A stretch of DNA of 64,000 nucleotides from Takakia lepidozioides (taxonomy: Eukaryota; Plantae; Bryophyta). Below the pieces are notes generated by a model. It was not told where the DNA came from and did no database searches. It worked only from the letters and a program-made list of their open reading frames with translations. The stretch spans positions 22,196,001 to 22,260,000 of the forward strand of contig CM060734.1 of assembly GCA_030704615.1 (NCBI GenBank). Direction: 5' to 3'. Positions 37,967-51,046 of the stretch are shown here, in pieces (within the stretch, counting starts at the first letter, position 1; the number at the start of each line of letters is the position of its first letter). A program made the position numbers and the translations under genes.

Positions 37967-40900
37967 CGTGACTGCGCAGTCTCCTAACAATTGCAGCGCC
38001 AGCGTGCAAACCTACACAGACAATGCCTAGCATAAATCCACAGCAACGACACTTTTTTGAACCCTGAAATTGCATGCATGAGCATTGAACCCCCTAAAAC
38101 CTCTAACAATGGAGTGCATGAGCCTAAACCCTAAACCCTAAACACCAAAACAAAATGAAAGGACTTCAGATAATATGAAATATCTCCGTATGGAGAGTGT
38201 TCATGGCCGCATATGTGCACGTCCCTACAGCTCGCAACTAAACTATGGAAACAACACTTTATCCAAGTCTGCTCCTTCAAATACCAAGCAAATGAAACAT
38301 GCAATAAGTTGCCCTCACCTACAATTTTTGTAACACACAAAAGTAACAAGCGTCTTACCCTAAACTCCATACGAAACAAAGTGTTCACCTCAGCTTCATG
38401 TCAATGCTTGCATGAAGTGCCCATAAGTACCAGACAGCCCCACTTTTGCAGTTTCCTAAGTACTGTAGTGAGAAAACGATACAGGAACGCGGGTAGTGTG
38501 CATTAAGGCTAGCACACACGTACTTCTCTAGTTCACTCATTTACCACTGTTATTGCCGTGATTGATCTGTTCCCTCCTTTTCAGTATCTGTACTTCTGGA
38601 ATGTCCCACATTTCTGAACTTATGCATACAATATATGTGAAAGTACCCACAAAGAAGGGAACCTGCGAAGATGATTGGGTTTCGGATGCTCGATGCAGAA
38701 CTCACTCACCCGCAAGGTAAATCCTGGGAGAAGAGCACAATGACAATCTGGATAACACAGAAGAGCAAGATTGAGGTTGTGGAGCGATAATAAGGACCTG
38801 CACGCAATTCAGATTTGGAGTGGAAGCGGTGCAACCATTGAAGACGGCCACAACATCCTGCTTCGTATGCCGATTCTCCATTCCTATCCACAAACTCGAC
38901 CTGCATGACGGGACGCGGTACGCCAACGCCATCAAGCGCAACGATAGCGACATTTCGCGATGCTTGCCAACAACGCAACGTCTATTCCACCTACCCTCAT
39001 CATTTTACATGCAATGCCATACGCAAGCATGTGGCATGGGGAGGATGAAGGCATGCAGGGGGGATGGGGGACGATGCCATGCATGAGGTGAGGATGGGAG
39101 GCGGGATGGGGATGGGTGAGAGAACATGTGTCATGTCCTGGCAGAGGGTACATGAGGCGCGGGAGGGGGTGCCGCGCGGTACGCGGGCGGCAGACGCGGG
39201 GGTGGGCGGGGGGTCCACGCTGGCTGAACCGGCTCCCTCGCATTCAACTCCAGGGCCCCATCTATTATGTGGCTTAAAAATATAACATTAAAAATATCTT
39301 TTTCGTATTTGTTTCATGAAATCAATATCAAATATTTAAAAATAGGTTATTTTATAAATTTATTGCTCATCATGATATGAAATCAGAATTGCGTCACTTC
39401 CTCCCCATATTCCAATGAGGTACATACTCATTATCATCTTTGAATAATTTCATCAAGTGTGTGAATGTGCAAATATTAGCATAATGTTTTTGCTCTCAAT
39501 TTGAATACATCAAACGTTCGAATCATACAATCTCTTCATCCTTTTCGTGTATCAATATAGATTCATGTTATTCCTGTTCTTATCCACCTTTCTGCAATTC
39601 TTAGCCACATTATAACTATTATCCTACCACCTGCCTGAGTAACTCTAACACACAAGTCTCCATTGTGAACTATTTGTGATATCTGGAAGAATCAGGGCTG
39701 CGGGTTACTATACGGTAGAATGCTATGATCGTAGGTGATCAACACATTTCCAATCGTGGGATGTGTTGGAGCCAATAACCTGTCTTGACTTGTCATGTTT
39801 AGTAGGCTCTTGTTCTTCTTTCTACATTACACTTGATTATAATTGAATACATTTGATAAATAGGCACCGCCAAGACTAACAGTCCTCAATTTTCTGATTT
39901 TATTGAGAAGCCATTGACCCGCCTAAGTTATGGAATTTTATTTTAAAATTACTATTAATTTTGTATATTTTTAATTATGACTGAATATGGACCAGTATGA
40001 TTGACGATTCTTAATTATATTTTTTATATTTTTTATATTAGTATATTTTATAATTTATCTATTTAGTTCGGAAATTATATTAGAGACCGCTAGGGCTGGT
40101 GGTCCCAATTTATATTTAATTTAATTTGAGGATTTCTTAAAATTTTGAATAACTCTTATATTTCATATCTCTAACTCTAGTATTATATTGGGGACTGCAA
40201 ATATTGTTTTTTCATTAAGTCTTGTAATATTAACATATTTTCAATATTTTATATATTTAATCATAATTTTATATTTAAATCAATCAGGATCAATTTTTCA
40301 TTTCTATTTATTTTTTCATAAGATGTATTAAGTTATATCAAATAATATATTTTTTTCTTTATTTTCTTAAATTAATATGAAGAACTCTCATTATTTCACA
40401 TATTTGTTTTTTTAATTATTCATCACATTTTAGTTTTCTAAAATTATACTGAGAATCACAACGGCTCACGATTTTTATTTTTTATTTTTTATTTTTTATT
40501 TTTTATTTTTTTTAAATATCATATTATATTATGAACAGACAGCCATGACGATTTTCATTAATTTTTAATTTTTAATTTATTTTTATTTTTAATCAATATC
40601 TTATTTGCGGTCCGAGCTCGCCATATACTGAGCATGATGAACCCATTTCCATTGAATATATTCTCCATCTTTTCTAATCTCTGCTCAGCCCTTGAGTGAA
40701 TGTGTGCAACAAAACAAAAAAAATCTGCTAACGGAAGACGACCTTCTATTCTGAGGACCTGCACAAATTGCAAGGGAGGTGTCAATATATTCCACGATTT
40801 GAGATACAAGTCTCCAAACCTCACAAATAACCATCATCGCAAAACCCCAATCTCTTTGAACTTCCCACTGTCCACCTTGAACAATGAGTGAATGTCGTTG

Positions 40901-43900
40901 GCTGTGGGCAAATTGTGTGTAAGCATCAAAACATTCTTAGAGTTGCTTTTCCAATACGAACTCAACTGATGATATGATTCCAACATTTCATTTTTTAGCA
41001 TCTCATTTTTCTCACATAGTACAAGATATTGCATCAATTGCTGTGATTTTTTCATAGACTTTGATATAGTTTGTGGTGCAAGGGACTCATCCACTACTTG
41101 TTTTCGCCAATACTTTCATTTTAGTAGTCTAGGATTTGGATTAGGATTATTGGAGGGGAGCACAGCACCCAATGCACATGGTTTCAAGTCCGACAAGGCT
41201 CTACTTTTCAGAGCAAAGAAGCCATCCAACAGAATCTGTTCGAAGTCCAGGTTGTTTCTACTTCTAGGCAAATTGTTTACACAGTTTGCTACCTAATAGA
41301 AAGATAACACATCTACTCTGTTAATAATATAATTCACTGTAAACGCTACAATTTTTTGTGCAAAATAAAAGACATTAGGTGAGAATTTACATACCGTACA
41401 ATCACCCTTGCTTGAGGCATTTGACACATGAACATCTTTTTTCCAAGTTCCCGACATTTTTTCCCTCAATGAACTCAAAGTACAAGTGAGACCGTTGACG
41501 GACCAACAAACGTTTCTTTGGATGATACTGCTTGCAATGTCGAGTGGGTAGTTCTGCAATAAAATATTCAAGACTAAGGCAGATCTAGACAAACACATGA
41601 AATTGAATGAAACAAAAAACAACCACGTGGAGCATACCCATGAGACAATGACTAGTGATGGGGTAGAGGGTAGACCAAAGAATCTTCAAGACGACAAATC
41701 TCGGACGCAACATTTTAAATGTGTGACAAATGAGAAAAATGAGACGGATAATTGTCTCAGACAAACCCTGTGTTGACACATAAAGAATGGTAGGCACACC
41801 TCTGAGACTCCCGCTTTCAACTTGATGCATTTTAGGTATAATTGTGAATTAGTTCAAGGATTTGGTGCCTGATATTACTCAGAAGGTGTCATACCAAGTT
41901 CATCAGTTCATCAGTTCGTAATCTCCGACATTGTCATTTTCAAACCATGAGTGCTGAGTGCCTGAAGGTAACAACTCATATTCTCACTCAGACATGGGGT
42001 CAATAAAAGCCAGTAAAAAAAGGACAAACTTTGAAAAAGCCCGGGCTGCTAACCTGAAATCCCTCAAGGTTAAACTGGACAAGAGGAAGGAAGAACTTAC
42101 CCAGCTTGCCTAAGCCCCCGCCAAAGACCTCCACTCGTATAATTCAATACAGACATACTTTGTGAAACTGGAATGGGTGGGGCTCAAGGAGTGGGGCGAT
42201 GCCATTGATATTGCAGTGTTCAGTCGCCTTTTCCATCAATTTGATTCTGAGTTTTGGGCCAATCTTCTTGGCCAGGCTGACAAAGTGATAAGGTGATTTT
42301 TATTTTTGGGGAACCTCAACATATGAGTGAATTGATGAGAGAGCAACGTGTTAGAGAGCATATCAAACCATTTTACTCATGATACTTTGTGAGATGCCTT
42401 AAGAGGCGCATGTTGTTCCTCAAGGAGTGGGAAGCCTACAATAATAATGTGGTCAAGGAGAAATAGAAGGAGGAGGCTAAGCGTCTCATCACATATGATA
42501 AGGACCTTTTGAATTGGAGCTGGCATTGGGAGGTGATAAAGTTTCACCGAGAATGACAAACTCAGTACTGTCGACTAAATGTGACCTTGACAAATGTCAG
42601 ATTTAAAATATGGATGAAGCATCCGACTATATTGCCATGGGAGGAGCTTCTGAGGGTTTCAAGAGTTGGGAGGACTTTGTTGAGAAGGTGGAGGGCACCA
42701 ACGGCCTGCAAGACCCAAATGGTTTTCTTGGGGAAACCCTTAACTTTTCAGAGGTGAAAAAGGGAAAAAATGTCAAGAGGCATGAGATGAGTGACAAAGT
42801 GGTTTTGTACTTTGCTTTGGAGGATTCATACTTGATCTCCTTTGAGAGTGGAGACGTTGATCTTTGTACTAGCGATGATATAGCACTTTAGATAACCAAT
42901 TCTGCATTTGACGAGAATCACCTCTTTTTGGGGCTGGAGAATTTTCATTATGACAATATTTGAGATGATAAGACAGGAGGCTATTGTAGTGGGGAACCCT
43001 ACAACAATGGTGAATGATGTCATCGTAATGTTTTATTCTAGGTACATTTAAGTTCCCGACGTGGTTATCCAACTTGACGCACTGCACTCGTGGATGCGTA
43101 GGATAGGAGGAAAGGGGTAGTAGTCATCGTATAAATCGCAATAGGAACAAACATAACATTTTCTCTTCTTGCCATTTGACCAATTAAAGTTGGCTTCATA
43201 TTCACGGTCCATATGAATATTGACGAAATATGATATCATGTATTGTGAGAAAAACACCAACCTACACGTCCACCATCGTCACTCTTGCACAGACGTTGTG
43301 AACTCTCTCTCTCGGTCTTCTTTTGGAAGCAAGAGAACCACCACGGTACTGTTGAACAACCATAGATTTTCGACTTGGCATTTGCTCATAGGTCTCCAAA
43401 GCTTCATCTCACACCAATTTTTCACATCATCTCCTGCAATCATAGCACTCCATGACCCACAATTTTGGCTACTAGAGGTTGTTTACCAACAAATCCAGCG
43501 AATAGATCAATTCACTCGCTTCTACCACCTTAAAACTATGAAGTTTTTTTATTGACTTAAGTTCTTCTTTACTCTAGAGCCACATGTATTTCAAATCCAG
43601 CGTTGTTTTTTGGACCAATAAACTATTAGGTTATTTTTGTATTTCATATTTCTAACTCTAATATTGTATTGAAGACTACAAATATATTTTTTCTCATTGA
43701 TTTTTGGAATATAAACATATTTTTAATTTTGTGTATTTTTTTAATTCTATTATTATTTTAAAAACAATGAGGACCGATTATTTATTTATATTTTTATAAA
43801 GTTTATTAAATTATATTAAAAATTAAATTGTGTTTATTTTCTATATATTAATTTCATTAATAAAAAAGACTGCCATTATTTCATCCAATTCAATAGTCTT

Positions 43901-44719
43901 ATCATTCAACGTCTATTCGACCGAGAGCAGATACAATATGCATTTTTATGAAAATAAAATAAACTAAACTAAAAATAAGTATATGGTAAACTGGTGTTGA
44001 TTTAATTTTAGCTAAAGTAAGAATAATATAGTTTTTTCATATATATATATATATGTATAGGTCAGTGATGACGTTTAGTTTTGAGCTAGTTTTACAGTAA
44101 TGAGAATAATGATTGATGACTTACATTAAGCTAAAAATAGATTTGTTATGATTTTTATATTAAGATAAAAATAAATTAGGCTATACCCACTTATTTTGAG
44201 CTTAGAAAGGTAACAATATTTCTTAAGGAAAAAAATCAGATTAAAGGTATAATAATAATAATAATAATAATTTATAAATTTGTGCTGGTAAATAATTTTA
44301 AAAAATAAATTTTGAAATTAAAATATTATTTATTTTAAAATATGTATCTAATTTGCTTTAAAGATAGATGTGATATTGATTTTTAAAAATATAATAAAAT
44401 CCATGAGGAAATAAATACACAAATAAATTCATAAATATGTATAATTTATGTGCACATTATTTATCAAGAAAAAACGTCTATGCTGATTTATCTTCCATAT
44501 GTTGGTACAATCACGTTTTTATGGCTTAAAAAAACAAATTGATCAACTAAAACCAAATCTTTGCCGACTTAAGCTTTTCTATATTCACGAGCCATAACAC
44601 TTTTCAGACAAAAAAATGTAAAAATCAGAAAGCGGTGCCGATTTCCTTACATCCAAGTGTATACATATTTAAAAATTAATTATCAATAATTTTATTAAAT
44701 ATATGTGAGAGACAGCTAA

Positions 44720-45620
44720 TATTAGCCGCCCCAAATAGTTTTGAAAATTTTTAAGTTAAGTTGGAACTTCTAATGCTGGCGGTCCCATATACTTTGTAGA
44801 ACAACCTCTAGTGCTTGCGGTCCCATATATTTCAAAAAATATGTAGATAAAGTTGGGATAGGCGGTCCAATCTATATAAAATATAAATTAAGCAGTGGGG
44901 ACCGTTAGCACTGGCGGTTCTATTTACATATGTTCTCAATATTACGAAAATCAAGACCGCTGACACTGGTGGTCTCCATGTATATATATTTTAAGTAAAT
45001 ATTAAGAAAACACCAACAACTGCCGATTCTATTTTTATTTATAAATAAATAAAAAATAAGGACCACTAGCTTTGACAGTCCCATTATATCCTTAAGAAAA
45101 TCAGTAAAATATCCGGACTGCTAGAACTGGCGGTCTTGATTTTATCCCAAAAATTGTTAACAAAAATCAGGATCGCCAAAGCTGGTGGTCCTGATTTTAT
45201 CCGAAAAAATTAATCAAAGCTTTGGCGATCTTGATTTCATCTATAATTTGAAAAGAAAATTGGAACCGCTAGATCCCTGATTTCTTTCTAAAAAAATGGG
45301 ATGTCCTAAAAAAGAACAGAAATAAAATCGGGACCGTTGGAGCTAGAGTTTCGATTCTATAAAAAATAAACCAAAACCGTTAGAGTTGACGATCCTAACT
45401 TTATCATCATACATACAAATAATAATAATGATAGTCCAGGATTTATTAGAAATATTAAAAACTTATTAAAAACTTATTAAATAAATTTAAAAACTATTTG
45501 GGACCGCCACGGTTGATGGTCCCAGATTTATTAAAATAGTTAAAAATAATAGGAGAGCTAACAATCCTCAGTTTATGAAATAATTTAAAAAATAATTCGG
45601 AACCGCTATAACTAGTTATC
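44720..45620. repeat. Array of decayed palindromic GACCGCYAGCRYTGGCGGTC motifs in AT-rich DNA (also at ~27310-28020 and ~39800-40110)
   Basis: Examples: GGGACCGTTAGCACTGGCGGTTC, GACCGCTGACACTGGTGGTC, GGACTGCTAGAACTGGCGGTC, GGGACCGCCACGGTTGATGGTCCC, at ~50-60 bp spacing. Confidence 0.65.
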
Positions 45621-46489
45621 TTGGATTTATTTGAAAATGTGATATTGTGCACTTAAGCATCATGCCACAACATACATCGTTGTCCATCACACATTCTAAA
45701 TGCACAATCCTAAAAAGCTATGCCACAACAGTTGAGCCTCCATGAGCCTCTCACATCTATATTGATCTAGGTATTGAGAGGGAGTGTGTTGAGGGCTTTG
45801 TAGGGTAGATTCCTTTAGCAAAGGTGCTCTTGGCTTGACTTAGTTTATGTGATAGAGTAGATTTCCACTTGGAAGGACTAGGGTTTGCTCTTAGTGTGAT
45901 GTCTTTCATGCTTGGAGTATTTTTCATGGTCTTCCACTTCTCTCATTCCTCATCTCTTATCACTACAAGAACCTCCTCAACCCTCACAAAGAAAAAACCT
46001 ATCCCCATGTCCGAAGTGAGACTGGATGAGAGGAGGTTTAGCCAATCTGATGTGTGATGCTTATCATCCAACGGTGGCAAGACGACTTGGCTCTCCTATT
46101 CATCATATAAACTTGTCTTGAGAGCCCACTTTCTGTGAGCTTTCCTACGCTTTTTGCCCTAGAGTTCTAGTGATGAGCTTCGCCTCTCTTGAATGGGATG
46201 ATGTTGGTTGGGATTTATGGTAGGTCCTCCTTGCAGATAGGTTTGGATAGATCTTTCATAAAAGACTAAGTGAGGGTTACTTACCCTTACCATGGCCAGA
46301 CTAGGGGTGTCAAAGGTGAGTTATGGGTCACACTCAGGAGTACCATTTCAAGCTAAATCACCATAGGTGTGTCCTTTCCTCACTTCAAGAGTCGACATAT
46401 TCAACAGATTTGTGGGAAAGGAGACAAAATCATGTCCAAAACATGCCTTAATGAACCATGTAAAACAAGAAGACGGGATGTCGCACCCA

Positions 46490-48360
46490 CATTTGACATA
46501 CATGTCCACCAGGGCAGTGCTCAGAATGACATCGGGTACATATTTGACGATGTCACCATGGACCTCTTTGCACTTTTCCAGGGCTGCCAGGCTTGCACAT
46601 GCATTTGCAAATGCAAACAAACGTTATGTGGGTGGGCTTCACCCCTTCGCACATCATTTGCTCATAGGTTTCCAAAGCCTCCATCCCACGCTCTTGCATA
46701 TCCTGCAATCATCGCACTTCACGACACCACATCTCCTTCAGCCATACTGTCGAACACTTCCTTCATACACATCCACGAGGGTATTGTTCATAATGAGATT
46801 TGGTACAATTGCAGCTCTAACAATGTCGCAATGGACCTCTTCGCCCTTTTCCATAGCCAGGCTTGCACACGCATTGCAAATGCATACAAACGTGTTGTGG
46901 TCGGGCTTCACCCCTTCCCCCATCATTTGATCATAGGTCTCCACAGCCTCCATACCACGTTCCTGCTATGCATACCCTGCAAGTTCGCGTTCCATGACAC
47001 CACATCTCGCTCAGCCATAGTGTTGAAAACTCCCTTCGCATCCTTAATGCACCCACCTTTGGCATACATGTCCACCAGGGCAGTGTTCAGAATGATATCT
47101 TTGATGATGTCACCAGGGACCTCTTTCCCCTTCTCCAGAGCTCATAGGCTTGCACACACATTGCTAACACAAACAAATGTGATGTGGTTGGGCTTCACCC
47201 CTTCGCGCAACATTTGCTCATAGGTCTCCAAAGCATTCCTACCACACCCATGCTTGGTAAATCCTACCAACCTTATATTCCACGTGATCAAAGATTGTTG
47301 AGGCATTTTGTTGAACACTTGGTGAGCATCCATGATGCTCCCACTTAACATACACGTTGACAAGGGTGTTGAGTAGAAAAACATTTGGCATGAATCCACT
47401 TTGGATAATGTGAGTGTGCACTTGTTTTCCAGCTTCTAAACCTTCCATCTTGATGCACTTAAGCAAGAGACAGACATACGTATCTGAATCTGCTGAAATG
47501 CCTCCTTGGTTTAAAGTCTGTAGAGCCTCTGGCAGTCTGCCTGCCAAACAAAGCATCTTCACATGCCCAGAAGTGCCAGAAGAGGCATTGTGGACTCCCT
47601 CTCTTGATCCTCTTGCAGAAGCTGTGGTCATGGTTGAGGTGCCTGATATTATCAACTGTGCCGCTGCAGGTGCTGCCTTTAGTTGACCATCTACCCATGC
47701 AGGTTTCTTGTAGCTATTGATCCACAGGGAATCATAGGTAATCTGGAGCTTGAAGTCCGGCCCTCTTGGATGAATCTGGACCCACACTCTATCCCTAGCC
47801 TAAATCCTTGTGCGCTCCCTTCCCAAGCTACACATCTCATTTACAAGGAGGCCACACAATGTCGTGAGTACTATGGAGTATTGCTCGAGCTTGCAGCTGC
47901 TGCCAGAGACTTAGATGAGGAAAGGCTTTCCAGCATGGCATGGTATAATGTCTCTTTTGATGCAGTTCAGGTATCATAAGCTCAAGTCCACAAATGCCAT
48001 CCCACAAGCAGAGTTGCAACCGAAAGTCACTTGGAGAGGAGCACAATCTTGAGATACTAGCCCACAACTCAAAACCTTGTGCTCTCTGGATACTTCTCAG
48101 TTCAGCCAAGAAAAAGACAGCATGGCCCTTCGAGCTGAACTTGGTGGTGTCATCCTGGTTCCATTATTCTGTGAATAGGGCCAATGGCCAACACTGGCTT
48201 TTCAATGGCACAAGTACATGCTCTCTCCAGTCAGTGGAGAAGCATACCCCTAGGTATGCAAGGGGCGAGGAGCAAGTGCAGAGTCGCCACTCACCGAATT
48301 TTCTGAAGCGGCCACGACCTGCACTCAAGGATAACAACCACACCATGGGCTGCTTCACAA
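46490..48360 (-). pseudogene. PLS-class PPR pseudogene with a long N-terminal extension, 3'-truncated
   Basis: LCLAGRLPEAL...DSDTYVCLLLKC...AGKQVHTHII; ALETYEQMLREGVKPNHITFVCV; TALVDMYVKCG; multiple frameshifts. Confidence 0.85.
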
Positions 48361-48449
48361 TGTGACACCACCACCACCACAGTAGGAAACCGTGCTGCAG
48401 TCACTCGTTGTCTTGTGTCATCTTTAAGTTCTAAGCTTACCCATTCAGG

Positions 48450-48482
<33 letters not shown>

Positions 48483-48649
48483 AGCGACAGAAGATGTAGC
48501 CACATATATATGACAAGTGTGGCCTAACAGAAGTTGTGTTTCTGACCTCTCCACTTGCGTCTGCTTCCAACAGGCATTCACCTTTTTGCTTGGATTGTTC
48601 CACCATTGACTGGGGTTGGAAACGCTTTTCCAGCCTCCACATTCTCTTT

Positions 48650-48910
48650 AGACCTCCCTTGATTGGCCACCAGCTGCACCCAATGAGGCAGATCCACTGC
48701 CCCACAGTTGGTGGACATAATGTCGCCTGCACCTTTGCCTGTCAAGAGCTCCAGCATGATTACACCCAGCGCATAGACATCTGCTGCTAGTGACGGTTTG
48801 GGTTTGCGTGTGCTAGCCAGTTCTGGTGAACAGTAGCTGAGTGCACCAGCATTCAGGATGTGGTTGGCAGTACCAGCAGCAGTCATTAGGCGATGTAGGC
48901 AGTAGCCATG
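48650..48910 (-). pseudogene. Fragment of an LRR-receptor-like kinase kinase domain (GHR1/SIRK1 clade)
   Basis: YCLHRLMTAAGTANHILNAGALSYCSPELASTRKPKPSLAADVYALGVIMLELLTGKGAGDIMS...AVDLPHWVQLVANQGR; subdomains VII-X only. Confidence 0.8.
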
Positions 48911-50113
48911 TACTTAAAACCGGTGGTGCACCCTCTCCTCTAGACTCAGCCTTACTCTTTCCAGATCTGGCTTTCCAGACATTTTTCAAGGTGTGCTACA
49001 CCAAGCCCCTAAGAAATACAGACTATATACTCGACTTAGGCATGTAGTTCATCTGGCCAGGCTGAGGAGACCTGAAAGTCACATTGAACAGAAAAGAAGA
49101 ATGCAGCTCTGCTAGTGTAGCACGATTCATTCATTCATGCACGAATGCCTCCACCTTTATCCAGTCATTTGCAAAGCATCTGATGGCAAGCGGGGGATAC
49201 ATGAAGTCTATACACCACTATAAACACCTCGTCTTTGGTTTTTCCGATACTTTCATGTTGCCACATTGGCAGTAACATGTCAAAATCACTCCAAAACCAC
49301 CATAGATCCACCAACAAGCTAACTTGCAGAATTCAACATGAAAATTTAGGGACGACTCTAATAACAGGGAAAAACAGGCTGAAATGTGTTGAAGAAGGTG
49401 CCTTCATCAGCAGTGCCTTGACTGACCATCAACCCAAAAGGACCTCTTGTATGTGTTGCTTGTGTACCCTACTTATCACACTAGTTCCAATTCTGAATTG
49501 CATCTGCTTCCCATACTCGTCCAACAGACATTCACCTTTTTCTCTCCATTGTCCCACCATTGACTGGGGTCGGGAAAGTGTTCATCCCAAAGCTTCTTCT
49601 CATCTCTGTTATCTGTTTTTGGATACTTTCCTGCTGCCACATCGGCAGACATAACTCGTCAGGGCCGAGTCTGATGAGAGGGCAAAACAGGCTGAAATAG
49701 GTCGAAGAAGAAGGTGCCCTCACCACATTGTCCTTGACCTTGTGTCATGACCCATGGAGGATTTGACCGACCATCCCCAAAAGGACCTCTTGTGTGTGTT
49801 GTTTGTGTCTGTAGTCAGGCAATGTCGGATTGATCTGTGAGGACCACCATGGTGCAGCTGAGTAGGCAGAGATTGAAACAGGGCATGCTAAGACCAAGCT
49901 GACTCTCCCAAGAACCTTGTAAACATCAGGAAGAATACCAAATCATGGTCTACAGGAGCCAATAGCCCACATTTGTAGGATGGACAAACTTCTTCACATT
50001 GTACATTAAGAAAAAGCCACACCTTGCGATTGCGGTTGACCCACCATCATGCAAATTCCAGCTGTGAGAGCTCCTGCGGTGTAGTCATAATCTGCAAACG
50101 TCTCCACTTGCGA

Positions 50114-50305
50114 TCAGTGTGTGAAACCCCTCTCCGCGCTCAAGCACGCGGGGGCATCCCTTCCCCGCGCTGCAAGACAGTTACTTTTGGGTAGTCCGGG
50201 CAAATATAAAATTTTTGACGACGGCGACGATGACGAGGCACTATGGCACCCTATTCCTGCTCTACGCTAAACTAGCTTCCGACCTTCGGTCGTCGCTACA
50301 ACTAG
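50114..50305 (+). mobile_element. Short Helitron/Helentron-like non-autonomous remnant
   Basis: GC-rich stem near the 5' end, a (GAC)n-like tract at 50217-50238, then hairpin TAGC..CGACC-TTC-GGTCG..GCTA followed by CTAG. Confidence 0.4.
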
Positions 50306-51046
50306 GGCTTCCCGTAACAGTTTCACTACTTGCAAGAGTTCAAGTTTCAACCCTCCAGGCAGGTGCTCTTGTGGCCCCTAATTGGAGTTGGAAGTGTTGA
50401 ATGACTTCAACAAACTTAAAGAATTGGTTGCAAAATCTTGTCAGTCTGTGGTACTGAGAAGTAGCCTGCTTTTGCATGTGGGTGACCAAATTCTTAGAGC
50501 TTGATACTCTCTCTTTCAATATCTCTCCCATTCCCAGATGTTAACTAGAATAGGGGGGTAAAAGGTACGGAGGGGATAGAGGATATAACAGAACCCTAGA
50601 AGATAACCATGACTACGGACTTTGGCTAAGAGAGTGGTGAGAGGGTGGAGCTCCGCCCCATGCAATCGTGAAGTAGCGTGGAGTTTCAGTGCTATGACAA
50701 GAATATGTAAGATGTATGCCAGTCCCTCAACAATGTCATTGTTTCTGGACATCTTCAGTTCCACTCAAGCATTACACTGTAGTCCTTTCGGACTTCGTTG
50801 CTTGGCACTGCCTGACGGGAGGTGCAAAGGTGATTATTTTTTTTAGGGGGGGAGAGAGAGGTTTTGTCGGTTTTTTTATTGGTCAATCCCACACCCTTGT
50901 TCATGGTTCAATCATCGTATCACCACTTTGCCGTTTTCGGATCTCCGGCGGCCTGTTTTTTTGCAGAAACTACGAAAACACCATCCACACGCGTCTATTG
51001 CCGTTTTATGAGGTTTTGTCCCCTGTCGTGGGCAAAGGTTTATACA

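Larger units (their letters stand above)
29107..39273. mobile_element. Mutator-like element (MULE), 10.2 kb, two convergent genes (Kaonashi-like organisation)
   Basis: ~270-bp near-identical TIRs (29107-~29380; ~39008-39273), perfect 9-bp TSD TTAAAAATA (29098-29106; 39274-39282), MULE/SWIM transposase on + and a Ulp1-domain gene on -. Confidence 0.93.

Noticed and set aside
38123-38143. Plant telomere-like CCCTAAA repeats
   Set aside because: Only about three units; more like a telo-box or chance repeat than an interstitial telomere.
40558-43560. Short ORFs in a coding-like island
   Set aside because: Apart from a small PPR remnant I could not assign any family; probably decayed TE cargo.
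45760-46340. Possible retrotransposon remnant on the minus strand
   Set aside because: Composition is suggestive, but there is no convincing gag/pol motif.
48449-48478. Poly-A tract as a retrocopy tail
   Set aside because: The adjacent gene fragments are on the minus strand, so the orientation does not fit a tail, and no TSD is seen.
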